Source of the DNA: Camelus ferus
Lineage: Eukaryota
Assembly (NCBI RefSeq): GCF_009834535.1
Contig: NC_045697.1
Location: forward strand, 103,728,001-103,792,000
Reading direction: 5' to 3'
Length of the DNA stretch: 64,000 bases
The translations under genes and the position numbers were made by a program. The notes under the pieces were generated by a model. The model did not search any database and had not been told where the DNA came from. It worked only from the letters and a program-made list of their open reading frames with translations. This document shows, in pieces, positions 63,314 through 64,000 of the stretch (positions are counted from its first letter, which is position 1; the number at the start of each line of letters is the position of its first letter).

Positions 63314-63412
63314 GGGGGTGGGTACAGCTCAGTGGTGGGGCACATGCTTAGCACGCTTGAGTCCCAGGTTCAATCCCCAGTACCTCCATTAAAAAAAAAA
63401 AGAAGCAGCAGC
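63314..63412 (+). mobile_element. tRNA-Ala-derived SINE (Vic-1-like), short form, directly upstream of the RPL17 retrocopy
   Basis: Head gggggtgggtacagctcagtgg...ggttcaatccccagtacctcca, A tail, imperfect TSD aaataggaaaa/aattaggaaaa. Confidence 0.88.
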
Positions 63413-63429
63413 AAATTAGGAAAACCGAG

Positions 63430-64000
63430 CTTCCTCTTCCTGCACGCAGCCTCAGTGACCTCTGAAAATGGTTTGCTATTTGCTTGACCCAGAAAAACCC
63501 ACAAAATCATGCAAATCAAGAGGTTTCAAATTTCATGTTCACTTTAAGAACACTCATGAAATCGCCCAGGCCAGTAAGGGTATGCACATCTGAAAAGCCA
63601 CCAAGTATCTGAAGGGTGTCACTTTACAGAAGCAACGGGTACCATTCTGTCGTGACAATGGTGGAGTTGGTAGGTGTGCCCAGGCCAAAGGGTGGGGCTG
63701 GGCTCGGAGTTGATGGCCCAAAAAAAGTGCTGAATTTTTACTGTACATGCTTAAAAAAGCAGAGAGTAATGCTGGACTGAAGCACTGATGTGTGTGTCAC
63801 TGAGCACATCCAGGTGAACACGGCCCCCGAGATGCGGGGTAGGACGTACAGAGCCCATGGTCGGATCAACCCGAAGGTGAGCTCTCCCTGCCGTGCTGAG
63901 ATGGTCCTTGCTGAGAAAGAGCAGGTTGGTCCTAAACCGGAAGAGGAGGTTGCACAGAAGACAAAGATACCTCAGAAGAAACTGAAAAAACAAAAACTTA
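63430..64000 (+). pseudogene. RPL17: RPL17 processed pseudogene, running off the window just before the C-terminus
   Basis: Pyrimidine-rich 5' UTR (cttcctcttcc), ATG at 63468, [19 protein letters not shown]...[17 protein letters not shown], later [49 protein letters not shown]. Intronless, with TGA stops at 63591 and 63711 and a deletion/frameshift near 63783. Confidence 0.97.

Larger units (their letters stand above)
1..64000 (-). other. SLC10A7: Body of SLC10A7 (parts of the two long introns flanking the 39-nt exon)
   Basis: One internal SLC10A7 exon at 31545-31583. The neighbouring exons (ending ...AVGGNE and starting GIVITP...) were not found in the window, so both flanks are read as intron. 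Confidence 0.9.

Noticed and set aside
63554..63993. Minus-strand ORFs of 64 and 80 aa
   Set aside because: Antisense shadows of the RPL17 pseudogene.
1..64000. CRISPR array, prokaryotic or viral operon, NUMT, ERV coding region
   Set aside because: No regularly spaced repeats, long ORFs, mitochondrial-like or gag/pol/env sequence seen; the LTRs are solo.

Overview
Mammalian genomic DNA, AT-rich and rich in repeats, very probably from a camelid: it holds eight tRNA-Ala-derived Vic-1-like SINEs and cetartiodactyl-type L1 3' ends. The whole window lies inside SLC10A7 on the minus strand. Its only canonical coding piece is a 39-nt exon at 31545-31583 (AAAIFNSAFGSFL, exon 5 in human numbering as I recall it), which the ORF track misses. 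The rest is two very long introns filled with L1, L2, MIR, MaLR/MER21 LTRs and hAT/Tigger MITEs, plus a disabled RPL17 processed pseudogene at the right edge. None of the listed ORFs looks like a real gene, and I see no new multi-gene system. The best leads are the unusual surroundings of the small exon (read-through tail with a double stop, AU-rich array, upstream pyrimidine tract and G4), several candidate poison exons, a probable SINE 3' transduction, a 26-bp wobble-only hairpin, a strong CTCF motif and nested insertions. Repeat names and boundaries are by eye and approximate.
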